Positions 25,501-38,800 of a stretch of 64,000 nucleotides of DNA are shown piece by piece. The translations under genes were made by a program, and so were the position numbers. The stretch covers positions 19,158,001 through 19,222,000 of the forward strand of contig OX597833.1 of NCBI GenBank assembly GCA_951406725.2, read 5' to 3'. The stretch comes from Octopus vulgaris. Lineage: Eukaryota. The notes beneath the pieces were generated by a model. The model saw only the letters and a program-made list of their open reading frames with translations. It ran no database searches and had not been told where the DNA came from. Numbering within the stretch: the first letter of the stretch is position 1; every line of letters starts with the position of its first letter.

Positions 25501-28500
25501 AAGGTGGCGCTGGCATCGGCCATGTTCGGATGGTGCTTTTTACGTGCCACTGGCACAGAAGCCAGTCGAGGCGCCGCTGGCATTGGCCACGTTCGGATGG
25601 TGCTTTTTATGTGCCACCGGCACAAGTATCACAACTACTATTTCCATTGATATTTATTTTGCGTACAATTTCACTGTTTGCTGTTAATGGAACCATTTAT
25701 GATAGAGACCATAAGTAACCCATTCTCTGGTTCCAACCTTGCCTCATTGGCTGCAAAACTGAGAATCATCACTTGTAATGCAGAAGAAAGAAAGATAAAC
25801 AATTACAGGATCCTGACCGGCTGCTATCAGTTTGTGCCAGTTGCTGTCAAGACCTCAGGTGTTCTTGAACCCTGCACTGCAAAATTGGAATAACTGCAGC
25901 CCATCTGAGAATTAAGCCCCAAGTTAGGTGTGCTGTTGCAGTGAGTTTCCTTCATGAGGTAGTCCTGGGTCTTTCTTTTGATGGGCTTTTTTCAGTTTCC
26001 ACCTGCCAAATTCACTTGCAAGGCTTTGGTCGGTGGGATTGAACCTGAAACCTTGTGCAGTCTCACTGCATAGCACCTTCTGCAAGTATCTTCTACTAAA
26101 GCCCTGTAACAGGATCTAGATTCGGTATCACTGGAGGGGTGTCCTATCTGATCTCGTCACATTCAATTTTAGTTAAAATAACAGACAAGTCAGGCGATCT
26201 ACGAACACAGCAAAAATGTTGTTTATTTCTCGTCGTAATGTAGAACTGGTGTACGTGTTCTCTGGAGGGAAACCGACAGCCGAATCTGTAGTACGGATTC
26301 TTGTTTGTTAGTCGAAATGATTCGTCGTGGTTCGCTGCTTGGTTGGTATGAAGTCTTCAGAGACTGCCAGTACACGTCTGTTCTCGAGTGCTGCTAGGGC
26401 CAGAAAGGCAGAATGAGCGAACCGCGTTTTAGAGGTCAGTTTCCCGCACATGCGCATGGGGAAGACTTCCGGTGGCCAACTGGAAGTAATCCCATTCTGC
26501 GCATGTGCGCTGAACCTTACACAGCAGCATCACTACAGCTCCAACAATATGGCTACACAGGAGTAGACTCTTTTAAAAAGAAGATTGGACTATAATTAGT
26601 CTACTATTGATTAGGAGACTAAGATAAGGATTAGGAGACTAGGAGATAAGGCGGCGAGCTGGTAGAAACATTAGCACGCCGGGCGAAATTCGTAGCCGTA
26701 TTTCGTCTGCCGTTACGTTCCAAGTTCAAATTCCGCCGAGGTCAACTTTGCCTTTCATCCTTTTGGGGTCAATAAATTAAGTACCAGTTACGCACTGGGG
26801 GTCAATGTAATCGACTTAATCCGTTTGTCTGTCCTTGTTTGTCCTCTCTGTGTTTAGCCCCTTGTGGGTAGTAAAGAAATATATTGATTAGGAGACTAAT
26901 CATAGTTAGTAGACTAACCATTGATTAGTCTACTAACCAATTGCTCTCTAGGTTTCCCTTGCGTACCTCATCAGCCAATCATATGCATTAAGCTGAAGTA
27001 TATGACTCGGTACCACCTCCACTACCATCATCATCATCAGCAGCAGCAGCATTAAACTAGTCGTATTTGGCTCAAATACTCTACCTGTTTTATTTTCAAA
27101 AGAGCCAGATCTGACCTCTTACACCTACCCTACATTGTCATTCTAAAAAGTAAACATTCGCATCATCAAAGTCGCAAAGTTTAGAGACAATGCATGATTA
27201 ATTCAAAACAGTGTGAATAAATAAACATTACATTCATAGTAAATATGAATGCTAAAGGGTTAAGCCACAAAAGGTAAACTTAACCCTTTTAACCCTTTCG
27301 CATTTAAACCGGTCATATCCGGCCCAATTATTGTACCAGTTTTATGTTCAGACCAGACAGATCTGGCCTCTCACATGTACCCTACAATGTCAGTCTAAAC
27401 ATACACCATCACATCATCAAAATCTTAAAGCTAAGAGATAACGAATTATTAATTGAAGACAATTACATTTGACAAAGCAATTTGAATGCTAAAGGGTTGT
27501 AAAAATTAACACTTCCTTCTCCAAGCCTAGATTTGAAACCGAATCTAAGAATTCTCGGTTGTCCAAACCACCACAATCAACAAGTGTGAAAAAAGGTTTT
27601 CTTTGTCCTGTCAAAAAGTGATTGACCATCTCCCTTTGACCTACGACCTCAGCCATGTTAGGCGAAGTTCAAATGAACAGGAGCTGACCTATTTAGGTAC
27701 AAGCTCTGCTGCAATATGTCTCTCCTTCTAGCTGCCACGATTATTATAAATACGGTGGTCAACAGACAGACCAGGAGGAAGAAGGGTCTAGCAGGCAAAC
27801 GAGCAAGGTCTACGACACGTCATGTTTTGAATGACCATAGAGACTCGAGAGAATTGTTCGAAGTTCCACGGAAGACTAATGTCTCAGATGAACTACACAC
27901 ACACAAACATATTCATTTCTGACACATCACTTCCACAGATGTACCCTGTTTCTATTTCTAGCAACTCTTGGCAGTTGTCAACATTTTGCATGTAGTGAAG
28001 AATTGTGTGTACCAACGACAAATAAGTCCAGTGAATAAATTATTTTTAACTATGAATCGATTCACTCATTTGTTTACTTCAAAGACATACACATGCCTTT
28101 TGCATCTGTTCACCTGGTACACACACATAACGACTACAGGGTTAATTGATGTAAATCAAATAAATATGAGGTAGCCAACTGGATTTGACACAATCAAGTC
28201 AGTGACTTACTTCAGTGAAAAAGTAAGTTGAAGAACTATTGTTCCTTTTGTATTTTGCTCTAAAAGTATTCTGGTTTATATTTTTGTTCAGTTCTTCCGC
28301 AAAAAATTTGAAGATCAAATGAACAAAACAAGTTGCCTTGAGGATGAACTTGAAAAGCAGAAAGGTAAGAGCCTCAGATTTTCTCTGATTTCTGTTATGC
28401 TGTTTTTAACATTTTGTGACTTGACTGTTCATATTTGACTTTTGACCATCATCACAATCATCAGATAATCATCATCATCATCGTTTAGTGTCTGCTTTCC

Positions 28501-31500
28501 ATGCTGGCATGGGTTGGACGGTGCAATTGGGGTCTGGGAAGCCAGAAGGCTGCACCAGGCCCAGTCTGATCTGGCAATGTTTCTATGGCTGGATGCCCTT
28601 CCTAACGCCAACCACTCCGTGAGTGTAGTGGGTGCTTTTTACGTGCCACCGGCACAGGTGCCAGACGAGGCTGGCAAACGGCCACGATTGGATGGTGCTT
28701 TTTACACACAAACTTGTGTGTGTATATATGTGCCCCTGGCTGTACCTTGCCAAAGTGGAGCCCATAACTATGCAGGGCATGCTCATCACTCCATAAGGGA
28801 TTTTCAAAATAGCCACAGACCCAACTCACTCACACTTGTGCTTGTGTGTGTGTGTGTGTGTGTGTTTGAGAGTGTAAAAGCATGTGAATGCCTTTATTCT
28901 TTTATTTGTTTCAGTCATTTGACTGCGACCAGCAGGCAGAGCAGTTGGTATCTTTCTCAACTGTGCCCCACATAGAGTAATCCATGGGATTACAATTGGA
29001 TGTAATTAGGAGACCAGAAATTAGAGCTGGTGAAGCCATAGAACTTCTCTGTTAACCATTTCTGATTCTTTCCAGAGATATAGCAAAAAGCCGAATCCTG
29101 CTGTTACATATATGACCTTCCAGCAGCAACATTCCCCAGCCAAGCTTTGACCACAGTCCCCAACAGCTTCACATAGCCCTCTGATTTGAGCCTAAGGCGC
29201 TGTTGAAAAATGTGGGGCAGCATGATGTCACCGTCACTGAAGACAAATCCAAAAACCATCATAGTTTGGGGCAACTTGGTTTTCATGATGTTCATATCAT
29301 GTCTTACAGTCTTTGTCATGTGCACAAAGCTTTTAGCAGCAGTCATGATGTTGGCATTTTGATAGCCAGTATGAATCATTGGTGTTCCTTTGGCATGTGG
29401 TCTACAAGGAAGATTACTCTAAGTTACTTTTTAGTTTGCTTTTCAATTTCTAAAATCCCTTAACCCTTTCATTACCGTATTTATTTTGAGATGCTCTGTG
29501 TTTCTTTCAATTACTTTAAATATAACAAAGAATTTAGTAAAATAACTTAGTTATCATTAAGCTAGTGTTAGGAATGTAAATTGTGACTAAGGCTTGGTGG
29601 AAGATTTTAATTCAAAACTTATGAAAACAAGACATTTTACCACATAGCCAGAGCCAGTTTTGGCCAGGTTAGTAACAAAAGGGTTAAGATGTTGGCTAAA
29701 GTTTTTACAATGTGATCAACAATGAGCTGAAGGTAGTTGCATTTTTACAAGAAACCAGCACTAAATTCACATCATTTCTTAAGAAAAAAAAACCTACCAC
29801 ATTGCTGTGTGATCTACAATTTAAAGGAAATTACCTTAGGTCAGATTTTAGTTTACTTTGTGTTAGTCCTGCTCTCCGGGTGATCTACGTGAGCAAATTT
29901 ACTTTGGTGGGTGATTTACGTGCTTATTTTAATTATTATATGGTTTTCTTATTAGATTAGTAAGAATTTTGAAAAAAATGCATTTACAATGTTATGTCTG
30001 TACAAAATAATTTACAATCCCAGTCAATGCAACTTTTTTATAGGCGTAGGAGTGGCTGTGTGGTGAGTAGCTTGCTTACGAACCACATGGCCAAGGTTCC
30101 ACACAGTGGGACTGAACCCAGAACCAAGTGTCTTTTACTATAGCCTCAGGCTGACCAAAGCCTTGTGAGTGGATTTGGTAAACGGAAACTGAAAGTAGCC
30201 TGTTGTCTATATATATACACACACATATATGTATGTATGTGTGTGTGTATATGTTTTTGTGTCTGTGTTTGTCCCGCCAGCATCGCTTGACAACCGACGC
30301 TGGTGTGTTTACGTCCCCGTAACTTTGTGGTTTGCAAAAGAGACCGACAGAATAAGTACTAGGCTTACAAAGAATAAGTCTTGGGGCGATTTGCTCGACT
30401 AAAGGCGGTGCTCCAGCATGGCCACAGTCAAATGACCGAAACAAAGTAAAAGAATAAAGTAACCTAAAGTATACAACCTTGTGGATCACACACCAAAGGA
30501 GCACCAAATTATCATTATCTGGGTAATTCATCTCAATTGAAGGAGAGATAGCCGGACGAGATAGTGAAGATGCCGACGACCGCTCGGTTCAAAGTTTCCC
30601 TTGACCACAAGTGGCCTGAACTCTTTACATGAACACCACCCTGTACATAACTCCATGTCCCCCTACATGGCCTTGCTTTTTGCTTTTTGAGCCAAAAAAT
30701 TAACTAACTAACTCTTTTCCAATATTCAGATGGCTTCCAGTTGTCCGTGTCACTAACTTATTCTCAACTATAAACCTTAATCTTTATGCTTTCCAATGCC
30801 TTTAACTGTTCACCAATACATCAAGCTGTTTCTGTAAACATGAGACATAAAAGAAAAAAAAAATCATCCAATTTAGCCTGAACATTCTGTACATAGCAAT
30901 AATAAATCTCTGAACGAGATGTAAACAGTAACCGCTCGACAATGTAAAGTATAATAGCCATCTCAATATGGCTAACCACAAAGAGTGGGTGTTACTGTAG
31001 CTTTTAGCCCCAGGAGATCATCATCTCCAGCTGGCTTTAGGCACACTATCTGTGCTCTTATGGTATTTCCAAAGGGAGGCCATCCCTTTCTTGTAAGCCT
31101 AAGTGATACGCACGGACTGCAGTTTCGAGGTTGTTGCCTCTTGTCAACGGGCGGTAATCACCAGATTACGATGAAAGGGAAAGCCTGTATGCAAATATAT
31201 AAGTGTTTTTCTAGTAACTTCCGTCACTGATTTCGAAAAACTGTCTGCAAGCATTATTAAATCTCTGAACGAGATGTAAACAGTAACCGCTCGACAATGT
31301 AAAGTATAATAGCCATCTCAATATGGCTAACCACAAAGGGTGGGTGTTACTGAAGCTTTTAGCCCCAGGAGATCGCAGATAGTGTGCCTAAAGCCAGCTG
31401 GAGACGATGATCTCCTGGGGCTAAAAGCTTCAGTAACACCCACCCTCTGTGGTTAGCCGTATTGAGATGGCTAGTATACTTTACATTCTGTACATACAAT

Positions 31501-33104
31501 CCCAAATATCATACACATGTATATTTATATATCTACAGAGATGTGTACACTTCCCAGTGACAGCCATCTTTCCAGCAAATCTAACATCCATGAATGTAGT
31601 AATTGTGCTGCAATGGCAAATCAAATAAGAGAAGCTGAACAAAAGCAATGTCATGTGATCACGGTGAGATTTTATTGTCCTTTTTTTCTTTCTTTCTTTT
31701 CTCTTTCAGACTTATGACTTTTGTTCTCTTTCTTGCTCTTTTACTCATTTTTCACTTTTTCTGTCTATCTCAATTTTCCTGTTTCTCTTTTTCTTTCTAT
31801 ATTTTTTTTGTTATTTTTTTTTGTGGGGTGGTGACATAATGAATCCTTATTTAAATAAATAAATGTATTTATTCAGTTTTTATTGAACATTATTGAATAA
31901 ATGTTATTGAATCATCATCATCATCATCGTTTAACGTCCGTTCTCCATGCTAGCATGGGTTGGACGGTTTGACCAGGGATCTGGGAAGCCAGGAGGCTGC
32001 ACCAGGCTCCGGTCTGATCTGGTAGTGTTTCTACAGCTGGATGCCCTTCCAAACGCCAACCACTCCACGAGTGTAGTGGGTGCTTTTTACGTGCCACCTG
32101 CACAGGTGCCAGTCGAGGCTGGCAATGACCACGATCGAATTGGTGCATTTTACGTGCCACCGGCACGGAAGCCAGTCAAGGCGGCACTGGCATCGGCCAC
32201 AATTCGGATGGTGCTTTTTACGTGCCACTAGCACGGAAGTCAGTCAAGGCGGCATTGGCATCGGCCACGATTCGGATAGCGCTATTTACGTGCCACCGGC
32301 ACGGAAGCCAGTCTAGGCGGCGCTGGCATCGGCCACGTTCAGATGGTGCTTTTTATGTGCCACCGGCTCAGGGATCACAACTGCAGTTTCCATTGATTTT
32401 GATGTCGGTGTACTTGACTCAATGAATCTCCTCAAGCACAGGGTCGAAATGGTGTTTCTTCACTTGCCACCTGCACAGGAGTCAGTCCAGCGGTCCTGGC
32501 AACTGTTGGGTGCCAGTCATAGGATTGGTTCAATTTCGATTTCACGTATTTATATTTATGAATTTATTTATTCAGAGCTCAAAGGTTCAGTCACTTCTCT
32601 GAGTTTCCTTACCCAACCAAATCCTTCACCTACACCCCAGCCCACCCATCTCAAAACATAGATAGATACGCCCTCCCATCCTTCTGCTTAACTTCACCGC
32701 CCACCCTATGGAACCACATTCCACCTGGCTCCTCATCCCTAATCCCCTAACCCATTTTATTTTCTCCAACCACTTTTTCTCATTCATTCCTTTATTTTTC
32801 TGTAATATTTTCCTTCTGATGAAGGACCTTACATCTGAAACATCAAGACTCTTTCTGTTCCTTGTAAGTGTTAAACTAATGCAATATTTGTTAAAATGTG
32901 TCCCTTCTATGTTGCCTTCCTTTTTCTTCATTGTGTTCATAGGCGCAGGAGTGGCTGTGTGGTAAGTAGCTTGCTAACCAACCACATGGTTCTGGGTTCA
33001 GTCCCATTGCGTGGCACCTTGGGCAAGTGTCTTCTACTATAGCCTCGGGCTGACCAAAGCCTTGTGAGTGGATTTGGTAGACGGTAACTGAAAGAAGCCC
33101 GTCG

Positions 33105-33137
<33 letters not shown>

Positions 33138-35788
33138 ATGTGTGTGTGTGTGCGTGTGTTTGTGTGTCTGTGTTTGTCCCCCTAGCTTTGCTTGACAACT
33201 GATGCTGGTGTGTTTATGTCCCTGTCACTTAGCGGTTCGGCAAAAGAGACCGATAGAATAAGTACTGGGCTTACAAAGAATAAGTCCCGGGGTCGAGTTG
33301 CTCGATTAAAGGTGGTGCTCCAGCATGGCTGCAGTCAAATGACTGAAACAAGTAAAAGAGTAAAAGAGAGAGTATTGCTTTCATAATATATAAAAACATG
33401 CGGATACCAACAGGGTACCCGGTGTTCCCTGTTGTTGGCTAATTTCTTGAAAGATCATGATTATTCTGTATAAATGTATTTCTTCTTGAAACGACATTTA
33501 TTAACTTGCAACAATGTTCCTCTTCATTCTTAATACATTACTGCAGATTTGGTTGTGAATATGTTAATTGCTGTTGTATTTCATCTTCAGAGAACACCTT
33601 CACCTTTCAGCACACACACACACACACACACACATTCAAACGTTTACTGAGACAATGTTTTTCTCTTCCTCTTTAGTGTTTACAAACTGAGATTAAGAAT
33701 TTTACGTCCGAAATCGAAGAACTCAGCAAGGAAAATGGCCTTTTTAAAGAAACTATACACAAACTGCAAACAGAGACGATGAGTGAAAAACAAAGTAAGC
33801 TTCCATTCTGTCTTCTATGAAAGTCATAGAATTGGTTTCTTCAGGATTTTTTATGCTATTTTGATGTATCTTGGAAATAAGTGTCAGAACTCTTAGTATT
33901 TTCTTGAGAGCAAAAGCAACTCCTCATCTCCTTTTCAGATTTGCTGCTGCTGCTGCTTCTTATTATTTTGTTGTTGTTGTCTTTGTGCATGAAAGGGAGT
34001 TTGTGTGACTGTCATTGTTGTTACTAAACTCTGGATTAGTTTCATTAGTAATCCTTAAGATCAGTGGCATTTCTTGTGTAAAAATTTGCATCTTTTATTC
34101 AGACAAAACAAAATGTATCCATCATCATCATCATCATCATCAGACTCCGATCTGATCTGGCAGAGTTTCTACAGCTGAATGCCCTTCCTAATGCCAACCA
34201 CTCCGAGAGTGTAGTGGGTGCTTTTATGTGCCACCAGCACGAGGGCCAGTCGGTTGGTACTGGCAGCGGCCACTCTCAAACGGACACGAGCGGATGGTGC
34301 TTTTACGTGCCACTGGCACGGGGGCCAGGCGAGGCTGGCAACGGACACGAACGAATGGTGCTTTTACGTGCCACCGGCACGGGGGCCAGACGGGGCGGCT
34401 CTGGCAACGGCCACGATCGGGCAAAGAAAATGGATAGATGGATGAAGCTCAAGTCCAATGTGCTTTTTTATCTTTCTATCTTTTAAAACATCCAAATAAA
34501 ATTGGGTAGACAAAAACTGCATGCATTGTGTTTATAATGTTATACTGTCACACTGAGTTTGTATATTATCGTTTTCCTTAACCCTTCAGCATTCAAACTG
34601 GCCAGATTTTGGTCTGACCAAAGTATCTTACCTATTTTATGTTCAGACTGACCAGTCTCAGCCTCTCGCACCTACCCTACAATGTCATTCTCAGAATAAA
34701 ACAATCACATTGTTGAAATCTTGAAGATACAAGATAATCCATCATCATCATCGTTTAACGTCCGTTTTCCGTGCTAGCACGGGTTGGACGGTTTGACTGG
34801 GGTCTGGGAAACCAGGAGGCTGCACCAGGCTCCAGTCTGATCTGGCAGTGTTTCTACAGCTGGATGCCCTTCTTAACGCCAACCACTCCGCGAGTGTAGT
34901 GGGTGCTTTTTACGTCCCACCGGCACAGGTGCCAGGGGAGTCTGGCAGCGGCCACAATCGGTTGGTGCTTTTAACGTGCCACCAGCACGGAAGCCAGTCA
35001 AGGCGGCGCTGGCAAAAGAAAATTCCAAACCACATGACATGTCTGTACCTGACTGAAATTGGTTTTTTTTTCTTCTTCTCTCTTTGTTTTTGTAGGTTAT
35101 TCTATATTTAGCTACATGGTTTCGGGTTCAGTCCCACTGCGTGGCACTTTGGGTAGGTGTCTTCTGCTATAGCCCCGAGCCGACTGAAGCTTTGTGATTG
35201 AATTCGGCAGGCGGAAGTTACTGCCGTGTGTGTACATGTACGTGTAGGTGCTTGTGCCTCTCCCAGAGAGGGGTTTCTATTCTTAATTCTAGTTTTTTTA
35301 TTTTTTTATTCTTAATTCTTCCTCCAATGTAATACTTATACTAATTTCATTCTTTCTATTTATTATTTTTTTTTATTCTGTTCAAGATTGTACTACCAAT
35401 ATGGAATCAAAAGGCAAAGGTGTGAATACAGATGATGTAGAAGATCTGAGGAAACAATTATCCGATAACTTCATGAGTTTAGCACGGGCTGAAGCCACGA
35501 ACAAAATTTCTAAATTACACTTCAGCAAACTGTAAGTATTTTTTGGTTTATTCTGTCTGTTGTAGTATACTCTTTTTCTTGTTTCAGTCATTTGACTGCG
35601 GCCATGCTGGAGCACCGCCTTTAATCGACCAACTCGACCCCGGGACTTATTCTTTTATAAGCCCTGTACTTATTCTATCGGTCTCTTTTGCCGAACCGCT
35701 AAGTAACGGGGACATAAACATACCAGCATCGGTTGTCAAGCAATGCTAGGGGGACAAACACAGACACACAGACACACAAACACACACA

Positions 35789-35828
<40 letters not shown>

Positions 35829-38800
35829 TATATATATATATATACACGATGGGCTTCTTTCAGTTTCCATCTGCTAAATCCACTCACAAGGCTTTGGTCG
35901 GCCCGAGGCTATAGTAGAAGACACTTGCCCAAGGTGCCACGCTGTGGGACTGAACCCGGAACCATGTGGTTGGTAAACAAGCTACTTACCACACAGCCAC
36001 TCCTGCGCCTGTATGTTTGTTATTTGTTTTTTAATCTCAAATAAAATTTGTGTCTGTGGAAATTCCTTTTTCATCATCATCATCATCATCAGTATATTGT
36101 TTTAATGATTATCACCGTCATTGTTTAACGTCTGTTTTCCATGCATACTTTGGTAGGACGGTTGACAGGAGCTGAGCAGGTAGAAGACTACCCCAGGTCA
36201 CTGTATCTGGTTTGCCTTTCCTGGCACCAATCACTCTGAAGAGTGGACCGAGTGCTTTTTATGTGGCACCAGCACAGGTGAGGTCAGTTTTGGCAGGATT
36301 TTTACAGATGGGTGCTTTTTCCAAAATGCCAACCACTTCACAATGTGGCCTGGATGCTTTCTACACGACACCAGCACCAGCAGGGTCACCAAGTGACTTG
36401 AAAGACAAGGAATTTTGTGAGTGGGGGTACATTGGAGGAGGAGATCTTGTGTCAGACGTGTCATTGTTTTAATGTTCACTTTAATTTCTGCTTGCACGTG
36501 TTGGACATAGGTTTTATCGAGGTAGATTTTTCTATGGTCGGATGCCCTTCCTGTTACCAACTCTTTGCTTCTTCCCAGGCATACTTTATTTTTGTTGTTT
36601 TTTTTCTTTCAGTGAAAGTTCTTACAAAGAAACCATTTCTATCTTGGAGGACAAAATCAAATACTTACAAGAAGAGCTGCGACGAGCTCAAGTGAATTCA
36701 GATGAGAATACAAGTAAGTTCTTATTTTGCAATTCCGGTCTTTTCCCAAGTAGCTTCAGAGGGGCTGCATCTATGTTAGGTCAAGATTCTTTTATTTTTT
36801 TACTTGTTGCAGTCATTTGACTGCGGCCCTGCTGGAGCACCGTCTTTAGTCGAGCAAATCGCCCCCAGGACTTATTCTTAGTAAGCCTAGTACTTATTCT
36901 ATCGGTCTCTTTTGCCGAACCGCTAAGTTACGGGGACGTACACACACCAGCATCGGTTGTCAAGCGATGTTGGGGAGACAAACACAGACACAAACACACA
37001 CACACACACACATATATACATACATATATATACGATGGGCTTCTTTCAGGTCAAGATTCTTTTATATATATATGCACGGCAGGCTTCTTTCAGTTTCTGT
37101 CTACCAAATCCACTCACAAGGTTTTGGTCAGCCTGAGGCTATAGTAGAAGACACTTGCTCAAGTTGCTACACAGTGGGACTGAACCTGGAACCGTGAGGT
37201 AAGCAAGCTTCTTACCACACAGCCACACCTGCGCCTGTTACAATGAAGATGCATGGCTCAGTGGTTAGAGCACCAGGCTTACAGTTGTGAGGTTGTGAGT
37301 TCGATTCCCGGACTGGGCTGTGTATTGTGTTTTTGAGCAAAACATTTCATTTCATGTTGCTCCAGTTCACTCAGGTGTAGAAATGAGTTGCCCCAGGTGA
37401 CAAGCTGTATTGACCTTTGCCTTTCCCTTGGGCAACATTGGTGGCATGGAGAGGTGGAGACTGGCATGCATGTACAATTGCCTGGACTTGTGCCTCAGAT
37501 GGAAACTTTCTAGGTGACCGAATGGGTTCTTAGAAATGTAGAAAAGGAATTGGCGGAAATTCCCTTTGGTATGCCCAGTCTAAGCAATAAGGACACAAAG
37601 GAATGTAGTGAGATCATAAGCTGGCTAAAAAGCAAGGTAAATTCTCTGTTGCAGGTGTAGAGACACACTAAGTATTAACAGCACACAGTTAATAGGTAAC
37701 CTCAAATATCTGGAAGGTGCTCAAGAAATAACTGGTGGCTTCTGTTATCTAGGTGACCTAATTAATGGTGGACGGGAATGTTTTGAAAGTATAATCACCT
37801 GAGTAAGAACAGAATATTAAAAATTCAGGAGGCTATTATGCTTGCGTGCAACAAAAGGTTTCTCCTTCACTGTGAAGGGAAAATTGTACGGTTTTTGTAT
37901 GGTATTTGGCTTCCAACCACATTGGTTCTAGGTTCAGTCCCACTGCATGGCACATTGGGCAAGTGTCTTCTACTATAATGCTGGGCTAACCAAAGTCTTG
38001 AGAGTGAATTTAGTTGCTGGAAGCTGAAAGAAGCTCATAGTGTATATATGTGTGTGTGTGTGTGGGTTTGTATTCCACCATCACTTAATAACTAGTGTTG
38101 GTTTGTTATGTCCCTGGTTCAGTAAAAGAGAACTGTATGTAACAGGATTAGGTTCGGGAACACTGGAGGGGTGTCCAATCTGATCCCATTACATACAATT
38201 TAAGTAGAGTAAACAGAGACAAAGTCAGGCGGTTTTCGATAACAGTGTAAAGGGAACTGGTTGCTTCTTTACACCTGTGGGGTGCAACTTGGATGCAACA
38301 CAATTTCCTTTCTTTAGATTCCAGAGACTACCAGTCAGGAACAAGTAACGCAACCTTAAAAAATATATATAACTCTTTATTTTCTTATTTACAAAAGAAG
38401 TTCGTTAGTATCTTGGTATCCATTAGGTGCGAAATAGCAAGGCTGAATTTTAACGTTTGTAAGCTTGTTACAACAATTCAGCAGCAACAGATATTCAACA
38501 GCAACAGAGCAGGTCGTCTCGGCGCTATTAAGGAAAATGCCCTAGTAACTGTCCCCTTCAGTCTCCAGCGCATGCACATGAGGGAACTTCCCTATGCCTT
38601 TCCAGAAGGTTTTAGAAGGTTCCAACCCCGCACATGCGCACTGAAGAAGGACGTTGCGTGTGCGCACACTGGAATATGACGTCACTACAACAGTAAATGG
38701 TGGTTTATTCTCGGTCACAGGCAAGAATGAGTGCACGTGTATCTCTAGTGGGAACCTGGCAGCCGAATCCGCAGGACTGATTGCGATGCTTATTTGTTGC

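Noticed and set aside
32080-32370. CRISPR-like repeat-spacer appearance
   Set aside because: Eukaryotic context, no cas genes, spacers related to each other, and the array is part of the RTE 3' UTR.
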